Below, piece after piece: positions 14,920 through 15,153 of a stretch of DNA of 15,153 nt. The position numbers and the translations under genes were made by a program. This DNA is from a virus. The first letter of the stretch is position 1. Every line of letters begins with the position of its first letter. The DNA lies in the UHGV virus genome UHGV-0197611. One strand, 5' to 3'. The notes under the pieces are model-generated. The model had not been told where the DNA came from, ran no database searches, and saw only the letters and a list, made by a program, of their open reading frames with translations.

Positions 14920-14941
14920 TGACTGCACCACTGACTGCACA
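14920..14941. repeat. Int-proximal direct repeat copy 2 (identical 22-mer)
   Basis: Read directly. 234 bp from copy 1, on the far side of the hairpin. Confidence 0.75.
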
Positions 14942-15153
14942 TAAGCACGAACGAAACCGAACAATAATAAATAGAATAGATACCTGCCAGTGGTTATGTC
15001 TCCGCAGTGATGTGTTTTTTCATTTTTAATGGGGATAAAAACGGTGTGGTGAGCGGTCCGGAAGACGCCATGGCAAGAGTTTTGCCCCGCTTCTCCCTGT
15101 GCATGATAGATAACCGAGGGCGGAATTCCGCCTTCGGTGCTCACATATGAGAA

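Larger units (their letters stand above)
1..15153. mobile_element. Integrative satellite-like element (P4-like / capsid-forming PICI-like); boundaries not resolved within window
   Basis: Co-linear minus-strand set of tyrosine integrase, AlpA, P4-family primase/helicase with adjacent iterons, and an HK97-type capsid/packaging module without tail genes. Start-stop overlaps link most genes. AT-rich inserts interrupt otherwise roughly 50% GC sequence (by eye). Confidence 0.75.

Noticed and set aside
14942-15153. Possible tRNA/tmRNA integration target or small ORF (14914..15144) at the right flank; 14-bp palindrome GGCGGAATTCCGCC at 15121-15134
   Set aside because: No tRNA-like T-arm or acceptor features recognisable by eye. 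The ORF translation looks random. A single 14-bp palindrome is near chance expectation for a window this size.
1-15153. Tail, baseplate, lysis or toxin genes, and rRNA/tRNA genes
   Set aside because: Looked for but nothing in any frame resembles them. Absence of tail genes is itself part of the satellite interpretation.

Overview
This window reads as a compact integrative satellite-type element (P4-like / capsid-forming PICI-like) from an enterobacterial genome, encoded almost entirely on the minus strand. Read right to left it contains: tandem 9-11-bp repeats beside a P4-type tyrosine integrase, a 245-aa HTH-like protein and an AlpA regulator; a convergent pair of small plus-strand ORFs with a divergent regulatory region carrying a 12-bp inverted repeat; an operon of small proteins ending in a P4-family replication protein (D5_N-like + SF3 helicase); an origin-like array of TGTTCACC octamer iterons; an AT-rich plus-strand two-gene cassette of unknown function whose products share a C-terminal module; and an HK97-type head and packaging module in the order capsid, protease, portal, gp6-like connector, HNH, TerS, TerL, with no tail genes in the window. 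The most interesting candidate for an undescribed system is the AT-rich two-gene cassette at 7040-8355 (possibly with the convergent 86-aa gene), followed by the int-proximal 245-aa protein with paired GTGATATCAC palindromes, and a twice-repeated ~60-bp structured module at the left end. All functional calls are from reading the translations and DNA by eye; no database searches were run, and element boundaries and att sites are not resolved.
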